DNA of 64,000 nucleotides from Cyanophyceae cyanobacterium (GCA_050331735.1 JBHJGN010000001.1:1-64000); one strand, 5' to 3'; counted from the first letter of the stretch, positions 50,788 through 62,572 are shown. Translations and numbers: made by a program. The notes: generated by a model from the letters alone, not told the origin.

Positions 50788-51324
50788 GTGAATACGTCAG
50801 TTCTTTCCTCAACTTTCCTGCTCACCCTTCTCCTGATGGTGGGACTGTTTTTTTTCATCCGGGCTTCAACCAAGGATCGCACTCAGCAGCTCGAACTGGT
50901 AGCGCAGGCTCCCGGAACCCAGCTCATGAATCAAATGCGAGAATACTTTGAACGCCGCGCTTACCGAACGACTGCTGTTGATGAGACGAAGCAGGTGGTG
51001 ACTTTAGAGGGGTTTGTCCGCCCGAGTCTTTTTTTGGCTCTCTTTCTGACTGCTTTAGCAGGAATAGGTTTTCTTTGTCTCGCCCTCGTCTTGGCGATCC
51101 TGTCTCCGCCGCTCAAGTTTAGTTTTGCTCTCATTCTCCTTGCTCCGGGAGCCGGGATTTTCTACTGGCGGCGAGCTGGGCGGGTAGAACAGGTTCAATT
51201 TGAGGTTCAACCGCTAGCAACGGAGAAGAGTCTGCTAACGGTTACAGCCCACAGAGACGAGTTGAATCAGCTACGACAGGCCTATCCGCAGTTGACCGCG
51301 AGCAGTAATCAGCAACTCAGTTAA
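50788..51324 (+). CDS. ccb1: Cofactor assembly of complex C subunit B (CCB1/DUF3529)
   Basis: STFLLTLLLMVGLFFFIRASTKDR, EGFVRPS, FYW, AHRDEL. Confidence 0.85.
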   Translation: MNTSVLSSTFLLTLLLMVGLFFFIRASTKDRTQQLELVAQAPGTQLMNQMREYFERRAYRTTAVDETKQVVTLEGFVRPSLFLALFLTALAGIGFLCLALVLAILSPPLKFSFALILLAPGAGIFYWRRAGRVEQVQFEVQPLATEKSLLTVTAHRDELNQLRQAYPQLTASSNQQLS

Positions 51325-51396
51325 CTGAATCACCGTGAGGAGCCAGTCGTAAAGTTTCTTAATCTACAATAGATGAAGATGAGTTGACTAACAAAA

Positions 51397-52050
51397 ATGG
51401 TTTTGTTTGGATTTAATAAAAAGCGCCTGCCGTCTCCGGAGGAAGCCTTACCGGGACGCACGGAGCCCATCCCGGTTCCAGAGCATCACTTCGTTAATGG
51501 CAATCCCCTGAAGCCTCCTTTCCCAGAAGGCATGGAAATGGCTCTATTTGGTCTGGGCTGCTTCTGGGGAGCAGAACGCCGATTCTGGCAGCAGCAAGGA
51601 GTTTATGTAACCGCCGTTGGCTATGCTGGCGGGAGCACTCCTAACCCAACCTACCAGGAAGTCTGTACTGGCATGACAGGACACAATGAAGTAGTGCGTG
51701 TCGTTTTTGACCCTGAAAAAATTACCTATGAGACACTGCTCAAAGTCTTTTGGGAAAGTCACGATCCCACTCAGGGAATGCGCCAGGGCAATGATGTCGG
51801 TACGCAGTATCGCTCTGGGATTTACACAACTTCTGCTGCACAAATGCAGCTAGCGCGAGCCTCACAAGCGGCCTTTCAGGAAGCTTTAGAGCAAGCTGGA
51901 TACGGCAAAATTACAACAGAAATTCAAGAAGCTCCCGAATTTTATTATGCGGAAGGCTATCATCAGCAGTATCTGGCTAAGAATCCTAACGGCTACTGCG
52001 GCTTAGGCGGAACCAACGTGAGTTGTCCCGTTGGCAACTTGACTGCCTAG
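51397..52050 (+). CDS. msrA: Peptide methionine sulfoxide reductase A
   Basis: [34 protein letters not shown]. Confidence 0.97.
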   Translation: MVLFGFNKKRLPSPEEALPGRTEPIPVPEHHFVNGNPLKPPFPEGMEMALFGLGCFWGAERRFWQQQGVYVTAVGYAGGSTPNPTYQEVCTGMTGHNEVVRVVFDPEKITYETLLKVFWESHDPTQGMRQGNDVGTQYRSGIYTTSAAQMQLARASQAAFQEALEQAGYGKITTEIQEAPEFYYAEGYHQQYLAKNPNGYCGLGGTNVSCPVGNLTA

Positions 52051-52296
52051 CAACTGCGCAAACCGAGAGCCAACAGCACCGAATCTGAAGGCAATTCTGC
52101 TCAGGCAGCCTAGCCGTAAACGATTAAGCTCCTTCAATAGCGCTGGCTTAAAGTAAGCTACGCTACACCTGCCCTCCAGTACCGGAGAGCAGGTGGGAGT
52201 ACCCAAATTAAACTCTGAGCAATAGCTGGATGAGAAAGTGTAGCGCAGCTTTGCAGATTAGGCTATCTCTTAAACGGAAGCTTAAGTTGATTTACG

Positions 52297-52653
52297 TTAT
52301 CGGACAACAGCAGTCGCCGCCGTCTGTTTATCCCGAGAATTGATAGCAGCAGTCGTTGCCGTTTTTTTGTCTTGAGGAATATGTAAACGTAAACTAGGAA
52401 ACAAAAAATGATTCTCTTCAACGTATTGGGCTCCAAATAGCCCTTTCTCTGCCCAGAAATATCTATCTGTCGTATGTTCGTTTCTTCTCACCACTAGCAC
52501 TGCCGGAGGTGCAATATTTAGAGAGGCTATATATTTTCTCGCGGCGGTGACTGGTTTATCTTCTCCACTTTCAATACTATACTGGGGTACTAGTTCTAAG
52601 ATTTTCCGTCCTTCTTGGCGGCGGCGGCTTTTCCGTTTTCGTTTTCTTGCCAA
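52297..52653 (-). CDS. DUF3155 family protein
   Basis: RKSRRRQEGR, KPVTAARK, NEHTTDRYFWAEKGLFGAQY; TTG start with GAGGAGG RBS. Confidence 0.85.
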   Translation of the reverse strand: MARKRKRKSRRRQEGRKILELVPQYSIESGEDKPVTAARKYIASLNIAPPAVLVVRRNEHTTDRYFWAEKGLFGAQYVEENHFLFPSLRLHIPQDKKTATTAAINSRDKQTAATAVVR

Positions 52654-52683
52654 CCTACTTACCTCCTCTTTTATTAACTAGCT

Positions 52684-52739
52684 GTAATCGTGGTTACAAA
52701 AGTCGAGGCAATTGTATCCATTCTGTCAAAGAAAAGCAA
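52684..52739 (-). promoter_or_regulatory. Sigma70-type promoter with a downstream NtcA-like box
   Basis: Minus strand TTGCTT-N17-TACAAT (52739-52711); GTA-N8-TAC at 52684-52697. Confidence 0.5.
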
Positions 52740-53000
52740 CTCCTCAACAAACTCCTTGAGAACTGAAGAAGAAGCTTAAAAAACAGCCAAAAACCTCAAA
52801 TATGAGCTCTCGGTGTTTGAGGTTTAAAAGATAAAGATTTTTATGTGGTTAAAAAAGTAATTATTATTTAAAGAAACTACACATATAGGGAGCCATTACG
52901 TCAATATCCAGCTAAAGAGAGAGGAAATTAGCGTTCTAGGTGAACAATAAATGGGAAAGGGTCAGTTTCTCTTGAGTGCCGCTGTCTAAGATTAAAATGC

Positions 53001-54314
53001 ATGTTTCATTCTGATTTTTCAATTTCTGCTAGCTCGGATTTTATTGCTCTTTGTCAGTCGCAGGTCGCTTTACTATCCCAAATCGGAGCCGTCTGGAGTG
53101 CTGTATACGTAACAGAAGGGCTGGCAGAGAACTATGCAGACAAGCTCGTTGCTGTTGCTGTCTATCCTCGTGAAGCCGCTCAAAAATCTGCTCTTCAAGA
53201 TCAGCGGCCAGAGGTTCCGGCTGCTTTGAGCAAGCTTAATCTTCCCACCCAACTTCCTTCTCGCTTACTCACGGCTGTTCCAGAGGAAGCAGGGGCGACT
53301 GCTGAGACAGCAATTGAATTTCCTGGGGTACAGGAATTACAAGTCTTGCCAAAATATCAGCTAGTGCTTCCACTCAGTTATCAGGAGGGAGTGGTGGGAC
53401 TACTGGTAACGCGGCGCGAAGACAGACCGTGGCTTCAAGGAGAACTCGCTCAAATTCACAATGTTGCTCAGACCCTTGCGATCGCCCGCCTGCTCGATCG
53501 TCACCAGGCGTGGTACAAGCAGCAGTTGGAGGCTCAGCAGCAGATTCGTATCCAAGAACGCGATCGCCTCGAAACCCTGCTTCATCAGCTCCGTAATCCA
53601 CTAACCGCCCTGCGCACCTTCAGCAAGCTGCTGCTCAAGCGTTTACTGCCAGAAGACCGCAACCATCCCGTTGCCAACAGCATCCTGCGAGAAAGCGATC
53701 GTCTCCAGGACTTATTGCAGCAGTTCGAGCAGGTGCAGCAGCCTCTAGACTCATCTTTACTTACCCTTGAAGCTTCGACTACACCAGCCCTCCCCGAAGC
53801 CACCTCCTTTATCCAGGCCGAAGCAACAGCCGTCGCTGTTGAGGAGCTTTTAGAACTGCTGCTGGTTTCTGCCCAGGCGATCGCTCAAGAACGAAACATC
53901 GAGCTAACGGCAGACCTGCCGCCGATGCCCCCCGTACGAGGAAATGCGAAAGCTCTACGGGAAGTGTTTAGCAACTTGCTCGATAACGCCTTAAAATACA
54001 CTCCGGCGGGCGGTCAGGTAAGGATTTATAAGGTTCCGCAGCGAGGCATTTGGCAAGGAATTGCCATTCAAGACACGGGCTACGGCATTCCCGCCTCCGA
54101 GCAGAAACGAATTTTTGAGCGTCACTATCGAGGTATACAGGCAGATAGTGAAATTCCCGGTAGCGGATTAGGACTAGCGATCGCCCGAGAACTCGTTGAG
54201 CAAATGCAGGGAAAAATCGAGCTGATCAGCCCCAATCCGGAGCAGACAACACCGCTACCAGGCACGACATTTATTGTTTGGCTTCCTACCGCTGACAGTT
54301 CAGTACAGAATTAG
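53001..54314 (+). CDS. GAF-domain sensor histidine kinase
   Basis: H-box LHQLRNPLT, N-box NLLDNALKYT, DTGYGI, GSGLGL. Confidence 0.92.
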   Translation: MFHSDFSISASSDFIALCQSQVALLSQIGAVWSAVYVTEGLAENYADKLVAVAVYPREAAQKSALQDQRPEVPAALSKLNLPTQLPSRLLTAVPEEAGATAETAIEFPGVQELQVLPKYQLVLPLSYQEGVVGLLVTRREDRPWLQGELAQIHNVAQTLAIARLLDRHQAWYKQQLEAQQQIRIQERDRLETLLHQLRNPLTALRTFSKLLLKRLLPEDRNHPVANSILRESDRLQDLLQQFEQVQQPLDSSLLTLEASTTPALPEATSFIQAEATAVAVEELLELLLVSAQAIAQERNIELTADLPPMPPVRGNAKALREVFSNLLDNALKYTPAGGQVRIYKVPQRGIWQGIAIQDTGYGIPASEQKRIFERHYRGIQADSEIPGSGLGLAIARELVEQMQGKIELISPNPEQTTPLPGTTFIVWLPTADSSVQN

Positions 54315-54470
54315 GCGCAGGGAAACGGGGAAATTGTCCCTGACGGGACGGGGAAAGGGCAAAAAGTTCCTCCGAACGGGGAAGGGGGAATTCGTCTCTG
54401 AACGGACAGAGAAAGAACACAGGGGTCAAGGAACCAGCTATCGGTCCTCTTTTCCCGCGCCGGCAGCGCT
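54315..54470. repeat. Heptamer/mini-hairpin repeat element between convergent genes
   Basis: GTCCCTGACGGGAC (54336), AAAGAACACAGG, CCCGCGCCGGCAGCGC. Confidence 0.7.
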
Positions 54471-54880
54471 TAAACTTCTTGATGGATTTGCTGCCGATAT
54501 AGCTTCTGAATAATTTTCAAAAGTCTGTAAAAAACTCCTTTCGGAGTTTCTCGGGCCGGATCGAGGCCCTGTAAGCGCGTGAGCAGTTTAGCTTCTTGAG
54601 TATCGATGTTGCCATCGCTGTAGATGAGAGCGCTCATAGCCTTCAGCAGACGCTCATAATCTTCCTGGGAAGGATGATCGCCTAAGTAATCTTCCAACCA
54701 GCCATAACATTCCGCTGGCTTAACGGGTTTTAATTCAAACAGAAGCGGTCTAATTTCTACATCGTCAGCCACTCCTTGTTCGGCTGCCATGCGACGTAAA
54801 TAACGCCGTTCTTCTGGCTGTACCATGCCATCAATCCAAGCCGCCCCAATGAGAATCTTGAGTAGTTGTTTAGTGTTCAT
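54470..54880 (-). CDS. TerB-family protein
   Basis: LIGAAWIDGMVQPEE; LIYSDGNIDTQE. Confidence 0.85.
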   Translation of the reverse strand: MNTKQLLKILIGAAWIDGMVQPEERRYLRRMAAEQGVADDVEIRPLLFELKPVKPAECYGWLEDYLGDHPSQEDYERLLKAMSALIYSDGNIDTQEAKLLTRLQGLDPARETPKGVFYRLLKIIQKLYRQQIHQEV

Positions 54881-56232
54881 TGCTCTTTGACGAGGTAATC
54901 TTGTTTAAGCTTGACCATGAAAAAACCGTCCATCTGATGGTGGTGCGGCAACACTTTAATCCAGCCAGATGAGCTGACATAATCCGCTATTGGTTCTGAC
55001 GGGATCTCGATCTGCCAATGAGGATGGTAGTTGAGAAACGAGTGCAGCACCGCTTCGTTTTCTGGCTGACTGAGGGTACACGTAGCATATACTAATGTAC
55101 CTCCCGGTTTAACCCAAGTGGCTGCTTGTGCTAATAGTTGGTACTGTAGCTCTGAAAGTTCCTGAATCCGGTCAGGAGATTGTCGCCAGCGAATATCAGG
55201 ACGACGGTGCAGTGTTCCTAAACCAGAACAGGGAGCATCAATGAGGACGCGATCCGCCCGCTGGGGAAATTGAAACTGACGGCTATCGACCTCATGAATG
55301 ATAATCGACTGAAGCTGTAGGCGCTTGCTGTTGGCTTTGAGCTTGCGCAGCCGACTCGCGGCGCGATCACAGGCCCAGATTTGACCGCGATCGCCCATTA
55401 GTTCAGCGATGTGAGTGGTTTTGCCCCCGGGAGCTGCACAGGCATCAATAATCACTTCTCCCGGTTGCGGCGCGAGGAGGTGGGTCACTAGCTGAGCACT
55501 ACTGTCTTGAACAGTCCACCAGCCGGCTGCAAAGCCGGGCAACTGCTCGATCGAGCGGGTTCCGCCTGTTAACCTTAGAGACTGGGGCAAGTGGGGCACT
55601 CGTTCAACGGCTACTCCCGCAGCGATCAATGTGGCCTCTACTTTATCAACTGATGTTTGCAAAATATTCACCCGAAGGTCAATTGGGGGGGGGTGGTTAA
55701 ACCAGTGGCATAGCTGTTCGGTTTCATGAAGACCAATTTGCTTACCCCAGGTTTCGATTAGCCAGTCAGGAAAACTATGCAAGATCCCAATCCGTTGGTG
55801 CGGTTCATCGGGTAACACCAGCGGATCGCCCCTGCGCGAGAGGCGTTCGTAGTGTCTGAGCAACCCGTTCACAACCCCTGATAATTTAGCCAACCGGTTC
55901 TGTTTCGCTAACTCAACGCTGGTATCAACAGCAGCAGCAGCAGGAACTTGGGTAAGATAGCGTAGCTGGTATAGCCCGAGATGAAGAATAATTCGTAGGT
56001 CTGGAGGCTGCTGCACAGCCTTTTTGGTGCCTAACTGATCGATTAAAGCGTCAAGAGAGCGCTGTCTGCGCACCGTTCCATAGACCAGTTCTGTAAACAA
56101 TCCACGGTCTATAGTCTTAATGTGAGCTTGGCTGAGGACTCGATCAAGAGCCACATCTGTGTAGGCTTCCTGCCGATAGACACTCCGAAGCGCCCTAAAG
56201 GCAAGTTGACGGGGATTGGCAGCAGAGGACAT
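54877..56232 (-). CDS. rsmB: 16S rRNA m5C967 methyltransferase
   Basis: NusB-like N-term, QDSSAQ, DACAAPGGKT, DAPCSGLG, YATCT..EN, DGFF. Confidence 0.95.
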   Translation of the reverse strand: MSSAANPRQLAFRALRSVYRQEAYTDVALDRVLSQAHIKTIDRGLFTELVYGTVRRQRSLDALIDQLGTKKAVQQPPDLRIILHLGLYQLRYLTQVPAAAAVDTSVELAKQNRLAKLSGVVNGLLRHYERLSRRGDPLVLPDEPHQRIGILHSFPDWLIETWGKQIGLHETEQLCHWFNHPPPIDLRVNILQTSVDKVEATLIAAGVAVERVPHLPQSLRLTGGTRSIEQLPGFAAGWWTVQDSSAQLVTHLLAPQPGEVIIDACAAPGGKTTHIAELMGDRGQIWACDRAASRLRKLKANSKRLQLQSIIIHEVDSRQFQFPQRADRVLIDAPCSGLGTLHRRPDIRWRQSPDRIQELSELQYQLLAQAATWVKPGGTLVYATCTLSQPENEAVLHSFLNYHPHWQIEIPSEPIADYVSSSGWIKVLPHHHQMDGFFMVKLKQDYLVKEQ

Positions 56233-56362
56233 AGCAAGGATTGACAGCACCTGATGGCATGAAGGACAGACTCATATCCTAGCTTCTTGTTTACTGATTA
56301 ACGATTGTGCTTCTTTGCCTGATGATTTTAAGGCCGCTATAGAGTGCGCTTCAAAAATAAAA

Positions 56363-56384
56363 GTACTCTTCGATTGAAGAGTAC
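56363..56384 (-). terminator. Intrinsic terminator downstream of gifA
   Basis: GTACTCTTC-N4-GAAGAGTAC with a T-tract on the minus strand. Confidence 0.7.
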
Positions 56385-56481
56385 CCAACTGTCGCTTAAA
56401 TTAAGTTTTTATTAATCAACAGTCAGGCGGCGGTCTGCCTAACTTATTAAAGTCAACAATGCTGACAAGTTGTGCTCGTCG

Positions 56482-56679
56482 TTAGCTTAATGAAGCTTGA
56501 GAGCGGTCGTAGGTGTTGCGAAAGCTGGAGTGGAGTTTGCCCTGAACAGTGCCTTCGTAGTTTTCTGTAACCTCTAGCCCAATTTCAGCCGCTGCTCGGC
56601 CCAACATAGATTGCTGACGATTTTTGATTGTGTGATGATGCCGATGCATTAAAGCACGAGCTTGTTCTTGAGTAGACAT
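56482..56679 (-). CDS. gifA: Glutamine synthetase inactivating factor IF7 (65 aa)
   Basis: MSTQEQARALM.RHH..IKNRQQSML.RAAAEIG...VQGK..SSFR.TYDRS.ASLS; GGAGG RBS; start 56679. Confidence 0.93.
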   Translation of the reverse strand: MSTQEQARALMHRHHHTIKNRQQSMLGRAAAEIGLEVTENYEGTVQGKLHSSFRNTYDRSQASLS

Positions 56680-56756
56680 GGGACTTCCTCCTAATTGCTG
56701 ACTGCTAATGGAATGATTGCTTTGATGGCTTACAAATATAATGCTAGCAATTTTCT

Positions 56757-56770
56757 GTATCATTTTTTAC
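56757..56770 (-). promoter_or_regulatory. NtcA box in a repressing position over the gifA promoter
   Basis: GTATCATTTTTTAC (GTA-N8-TAC), 10 nt upstream of the minus-strand TAGCAT -10 candidate. Confidence 0.8.
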
Positions 56771-57115
56771 AAAAGTGCTTTGACATAAGCAATAAAAATA
56801 TCTCAAGCCAGTAAAATAAAAAAAAGCAATTAGAATCTCTTGACCGACCGTGTTTATTTTTCGTCCATTGAATAATGGACTCAAGCTCACGCTATCTTCA
56901 CGTTCTTGTGATACTTTAAGCACCGCGATCGCTCGTCATCAATTCATCAGATTCGTCATTTACAGCAACTTAACAAATATCTGCCGTTTAAGAACTCTTT
57001 AAGACTTTAAATAGATGCAATGGCCTTTAAAAGCGCTTTTTTGCTCGCTTTAAGTCTTTATAGTCGGGCAGTTTAACTAAACAACCTTAAACGCAGACAC
57101 CTAAGCTTTCCAACA

Positions 57116-57397
57116 ATGCCTATCACGGACTTTTTTTTCGGATACTTCATCTTTGCCTTGCTCTTTTTCGGTGTTGGTCTTCAAGCTTTGCTCAAAGATT
57201 CTACAACCCCCAAAACTCACTGTGAATCTTGGCTAGCGTTATCAATCGTATTTCTGTTTTGGCCGCTTGTCGTTGTCTGTGCCTGTCAGGAACTAGCAAT
57301 CAGAGAGCTACGCACTAATCGCGGCGATACCGCAGATAAACAAGCGGAAAGAGCTATTGTGAATGCGATCCAATCCACTCCTGCAAAATGGAATTGA
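57116..57397 (+). CDS. Small hypothetical membrane protein
   Basis: Two hydrophobic segments around LKDSTTPKT..SW; FWPLVV. Confidence 0.6.
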   Translation: MPITDFFFGYFIFALLFFGVGLQALLKDSTTPKTHCESWLALSIVFLFWPLVVVCACQELAIRELRTNRGDTADKQAERAIVNAIQSTPAKWN

Positions 57398-58250
57398 CAA
57401 GCTCTGGAGCTTCATCTTGAGGACAGTGCCCCAATCCTGCTAAAGGAACGAATTTTTCTACGGCGGCATAGTCAGCATAGTTGCGTCCTAGCGCGATTGG
57501 TTCCCACGGATCTTCCTCTCCCCAAAGAATAATTGTTGGACAGGGTAGATTGGGCAATAAATCTTCTGGCAGTGGCCCTTGCGAATACCGAGTAAACGCT
57601 AGAAAAACATCAGCGGCTCCCACATCAGCGGCTGGCTTCATCAACATCTCTACTAGTTCATCGGTGACCGCTTCTGGATCTCGGTAGGCCTGCTTGAGAA
57701 TGTTGCGCACCACTCTCGGTTTGGCAATTTGCCCAAAGAAAAAATTTCCCACTCTTCGATTCGCCAGAAGCTTCTGAAATAGAGGAGCTCCAATCCGGCG
57801 ATACCAGGGCAACCCACCTCGCTTGCGATCGTGAAGTAGCCGAAGCGAGCAGTTAAGCGCAGCAATGCCCAAAGCAATTTCTGGAGACTCTACCGCCGCC
57901 TGCATAATCACAATACAGCCAATCGAGTTGCCAACCAAAAAAGCCGGACCGCCCACCACTTCGCAACAAAAATCAGCAACCTGCTGTCCCCAAGTTTCAA
58001 AAGTATAGGCAACGTCTTGGGGATTTGGTTTAGCTGAGGCCCCAAAACCAATCAAATCAAGTGCATAACAGCGACAGGTTTTTCCCAGCACCGGAAGATT
58101 TTTGCGCCAGTGCCCCCAGGAAGCTCCAAAGCCATGTACCATAACGACTGCCGGTCCAGAGTGGCCTGTTGTTTGATAGCAAATCGAATAGCCTCGCCAG
58201 GTCCAGGTTTGAGGAGCGTTTAATTGAGTGAGGAGATCGGCAGACGACAT
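57354..58250 (-). CDS. Alpha/beta-fold hydrolase
   Basis: HGFGAS, DLIGFG, GNSIG nucleophile elbow, GHCPQDE. Confidence 0.92.
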   Translation of the reverse strand: MSSADLLTQLNAPQTWTWRGYSICYQTTGHSGPAVVMVHGFGASWGHWRKNLPVLGKTCRCYALDLIGFGASAKPNPQDVAYTFETWGQQVADFCCEVVGGPAFLVGNSIGCIVIMQAAVESPEIALGIAALNCSLRLLHDRKRGGLPWYRRIGAPLFQKLLANRRVGNFFFGQIAKPRVVRNILKQAYRDPEAVTDELVEMLMKPAADVGAADVFLAFTRYSQGPLPEDLLPNLPCPTIILWGEEDPWEPIALGRNYADYAAVEKFVPLAGLGHCPQDEAPELVNSILQEWIGSHSQ

Positions 58251-58361
58251 GGAGAATGAGCAGTGAGCAGTTACCAGTTACCAGTTACCAGTGTAGTGCT
58301 TAGTCCTGGTATCTTGAGGATAGAATATTGTTGAGCGAAATACCATGAGTCTATTTGAGCA

Positions 58362-59255
58362 GTGCCGCGACAATTTTTAGGGTCTGAAGTTGAAACCGCC
58401 TATGGAGCGGCTAAAGCCGTTATTTTGCCCATTCCCTATGAGGCCACAACGACTTACCGGAGAGGCTGCCAACATGGGCCAGCAGCTCTCTTAACGGCCT
58501 CAGACCAGCTAGAGGCCTACGATGAAGAACTAGAACGAGAAACCTGCTTTGAAATTGGCATTCACACTCATGCAGCGATCGCCGATACTCGCCCTGGCCC
58601 AGTTGCGGCTCAAGACATGCTTCAAATAACGTCTCAAACGGTATCGCGGTTGCTGGCAGAACAAAAATTCGTGATTGCCATCGGCGGTGAGCACAGTATT
58701 ACCGCCGCAGTGGTGGCTGCCTACCAGCAGGAGCATGGGCCATTTACGGTCATTCAGATTGATGCCCACGGCGACCTGCGTCACGAATATGAAGGCTCTA
58801 TCTACAACCATGCCTGCGTAATGCGGCGCATTGTCGATCTGGAGTTGCCGACTTTACCGGTGGGCATTCGCAGTATTTGCTTAGAAGAAGCGCAACTGAT
58901 TAAAAAACACCAGATTCCGGTGGTGTGGGCTCGGGAAATAGCCACCAATCCCGACTGGATTGAAGCAGCGATCGCCCGCATTGCAACGGACAAGGTTTTT
59001 ATCACCATCGATGTTGACGGCATTGACCCTAGTTTGTTACCGGGAGTCGGCACCCCAGAACCCGGAGGATTAACCTGGTACGCTCTCTTAAAGTTTTTGC
59101 ATCGCCTTCACCAAACGCATCAGGTAATTGGGTGCGATGTCATGGAGTTGGCCCCAGTCGTGGATTCGGTGGTTTCTGAATTTACGGCGGCCAAATTGGT
59201 GTATAAATTGATCGGCTACCAGGGGATGAGTCGAGGATGGTTCAAGCAGCAGTAA
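58362..59255 (+). CDS. speB: Agmatinase
   Basis: GGEHS, DAHGD, DVDGIDP, GTPEPGG. Confidence 0.9.
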   Translation: MPRQFLGSEVETAYGAAKAVILPIPYEATTTYRRGCQHGPAALLTASDQLEAYDEELERETCFEIGIHTHAAIADTRPGPVAAQDMLQITSQTVSRLLAEQKFVIAIGGEHSITAAVVAAYQQEHGPFTVIQIDAHGDLRHEYEGSIYNHACVMRRIVDLELPTLPVGIRSICLEEAQLIKKHQIPVVWAREIATNPDWIEAAIARIATDKVFITIDVDGIDPSLLPGVGTPEPGGLTWYALLKFLHRLHQTHQVIGCDVMELAPVVDSVVSEFTAAKLVYKLIGYQGMSRGWFKQQ

Positions 59256-59410
59256 CCGGTGACCGAATCAATCTAGTCACTGGTCATCGACTAAGCGCCA
59301 TCTCTGAATGCTCAGCACTGCTAACTGAGTTAACGAGTCACTGATTAGTTGGTAACTGATTACTGATGCCTGCTAAGATGTTGAGGCAGTCATTTAATTG
59401 TTAACCGTAG

Positions 59411-60683
<1,273 letters not shown>

Positions 60684-60686
60684 AGA

Positions 60687-60738
60687 AAGTTTGCAGGATC
60701 AAGGACTAGCGTCAGTGGCGATCTCATCCTGCAAACTT
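60687..60738. terminator. Inverted repeat between convergent frr and rpiA
   Basis: AAGTTTGCAGGAT-N26-ATCCTGCAAACTT (13-bp stem). Confidence 0.55.
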
Positions 60739-60739
60739 G

Positions 60740-61450
60740 CTAGAGTTCCCGCACCAGCGGCTTGCCATCTTGGATTTCTCCGACTAACACGACATCAGCA
60801 ACACCAACAAACAGACCGTTTTCTAAAACTCCCGGAATATTGTTGAGCGTTTTTTCTAGGGTGGCGGGGTCGCCAATGCTCTCGAACTTGACATCGATAA
60901 CGAGGTTGCCCTGGTCGGTGACTACTGGACCAGCCTTTCTGACTCCCATGCGCAGTTCCGGCTGACCGCCAAGCTTTTTGAGTGCCCGCATCACGGGGGC
61001 GAGCGCCATCGGAATCACTTCGACTGGCAGCAAGAAAGTCGACCCTAGGCGATCGACTAGTTTGCCGCTGTCTACCACCACGATAAATTCTTCGGCTAAG
61101 GAGTCAACGATTTTTTCTCGCGTATGAGCTGCGCCTCCTCCTTTAATCAGATTCTTGTTCGGATCGACTTCATCCGCTCCATCGATGGCGACATCAATGC
61201 GCTCGATGGCATCTAGCGTGGTGAGCGGGACGCCGTACTGTTTGGCTAATACTTCTGCCCCAAAGGAAGTGGGAACGCCCACAATATTGTCAATCTCGCC
61301 TTTAGCGAGGCGATCGCCTAAATACTCGATGGTGTAGGCGGTTGTTGAACCCGTGCCTAGGCCAACCACCGAGTTTGACTGAACGCGTTCTGCGGCTTGT
61401 TTCCCCACTTCTTGCTTCATCAGTTGAACGGGGTCGTCTTTATCGGCCAT
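60740..61450 (-). CDS. rpiA: Ribose-5-phosphate isomerase A
   Basis: [30 protein letters not shown]. Confidence 0.97.
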   Translation of the reverse strand: MADKDDPVQLMKQEVGKQAAERVQSNSVVGLGTGSTTAYTIEYLGDRLAKGEIDNIVGVPTSFGAEVLAKQYGVPLTTLDAIERIDVAIDGADEVDPNKNLIKGGGAAHTREKIVDSLAEEFIVVVDSGKLVDRLGSTFLLPVEVIPMALAPVMRALKKLGGQPELRMGVRKAGPVVTDQGNLVIDVKFESIGDPATLEKTLNNIPGVLENGLFVGVADVVLVGEIQDGKPLVREL

Positions 61451-61681
61451 TTTTCAAGCTCCTTCTATCATGTTTAACAATGTTTTCATTGGGCTTTTCC
61501 TCCCCATCCTGATTAACTGAGCAAAGCAACGGTAGTTAGCTGAGTCTACCGATGACTTTGCCCTGGAGGCTCTGACTATGGGCTGTTAGCGTCCGCAACG
61601 ATCGAACGATACGATGACGGGTCGAGGTCGCTCGCCTCACCAGGACTAGACGCGAGAAAACACAGGTTAGCTCTTGACCGC

Positions 61682-62137
61682 TTAGGAATTGGTTGTCTGT
61701 GCCGCTAGCATCTCTTTGAGCTTCGCTAGCTCATCAGCCCAGCGCGGATCTGGCTGTACAGAACCACTATTAGAGCTACTGTCTTGGCGAGACCGTTTTT
61801 TGCCTCGCTTGTTCGGTGTGCTGGTCGGTTTGGCTGGCGATTCTGACGCTGGAGCAGCACCAGAGGGCTCTTCGCCTTTGCCTTTTGAACGGGGCAGCGC
61901 TTTTTCGATCTTGAGCGCACTTTCTCTAAAGGACTGACCGTTGTATTTTTCGATCAGTTCATCTGCCATTTCATCGGTGGGGACAGTGACAAAAGCAAAG
62001 CCTCGACACTTACCGGTTTTACGGTCTTTGATCACCTTAGTTGAGACGGATTCGCCAGCGTCAGCGAATACTGCCTGTAAATCGTCACGCTCGATGGGTT
62101 CTTTTGGCAAATTACCAACGTATAAGCGAACTGACAT
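61682..62137 (-). CDS. rbp3: RRM RNA-binding protein, Rbp3/RbpG type
   Basis: RLYVGNLP, KCRGFAFV, C-terminal QPDPRWADELAKLK. Confidence 0.88.
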   Translation of the reverse strand: MSVRLYVGNLPKEPIERDDLQAVFADAGESVSTKVIKDRKTGKCRGFAFVTVPTDEMADELIEKYNGQSFRESALKIEKALPRSKGKGEEPSGAAPASESPAKPTSTPNKRGKKRSRQDSSSNSGSVQPDPRWADELAKLKEMLAAQTTNS

Positions 62138-62554
62138 AAAATGACCTCCAAATTTGGCTTAATAATTTACTGTATTTCTGCAAACTGAAAAAATCGGGAC
62201 AGACACAGGTTCTCCCGATAGCAGTCCTGATTGCTTTTTTCGACTCGGCTTGGCTGTGTCAAAACGACCGTCCTTGTCAACCTCATCACCAGGAATCGGC
62301 GGATATTCGCTATTCAAAAATCTTAGTGGCAGACTGAACCCGATTTTTACTTCTTCTTTGATTATTACAGAATGTTTACGTGATTGATCACCGGATTGTG
62401 ATTTCGCCGCTAAATTTGGTGCTCGCCTCCTCAAAAATTAAGGCTTTGTTCGTTTTGAGCAGTTCTAGTTGAAATCGGCTGCTAAAACTCTTCATAAGCT
62501 GATGATTCAACCGAAAGTACACCCAAGGGAAGAGGGACATCTTGTCAAACGATT

Positions 62555-62572
62555 GTTACATTACTTAAACTA
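62555..62572 (+). promoter_or_regulatory. Possible HLR1 (RpaB) site upstream of nblA
   Basis: GTTACATT-AC-TTAAACTA; second half-site is degenerate. Confidence 0.35.

Noticed and set aside
58255..58293. CAGTTAC/CAGTGAG heptamer run (similar runs near 165-200, 23335-23365, 59270-59370)
   Set aside because: Ordinary cyanobacterial STRR-type short tandem repeats.
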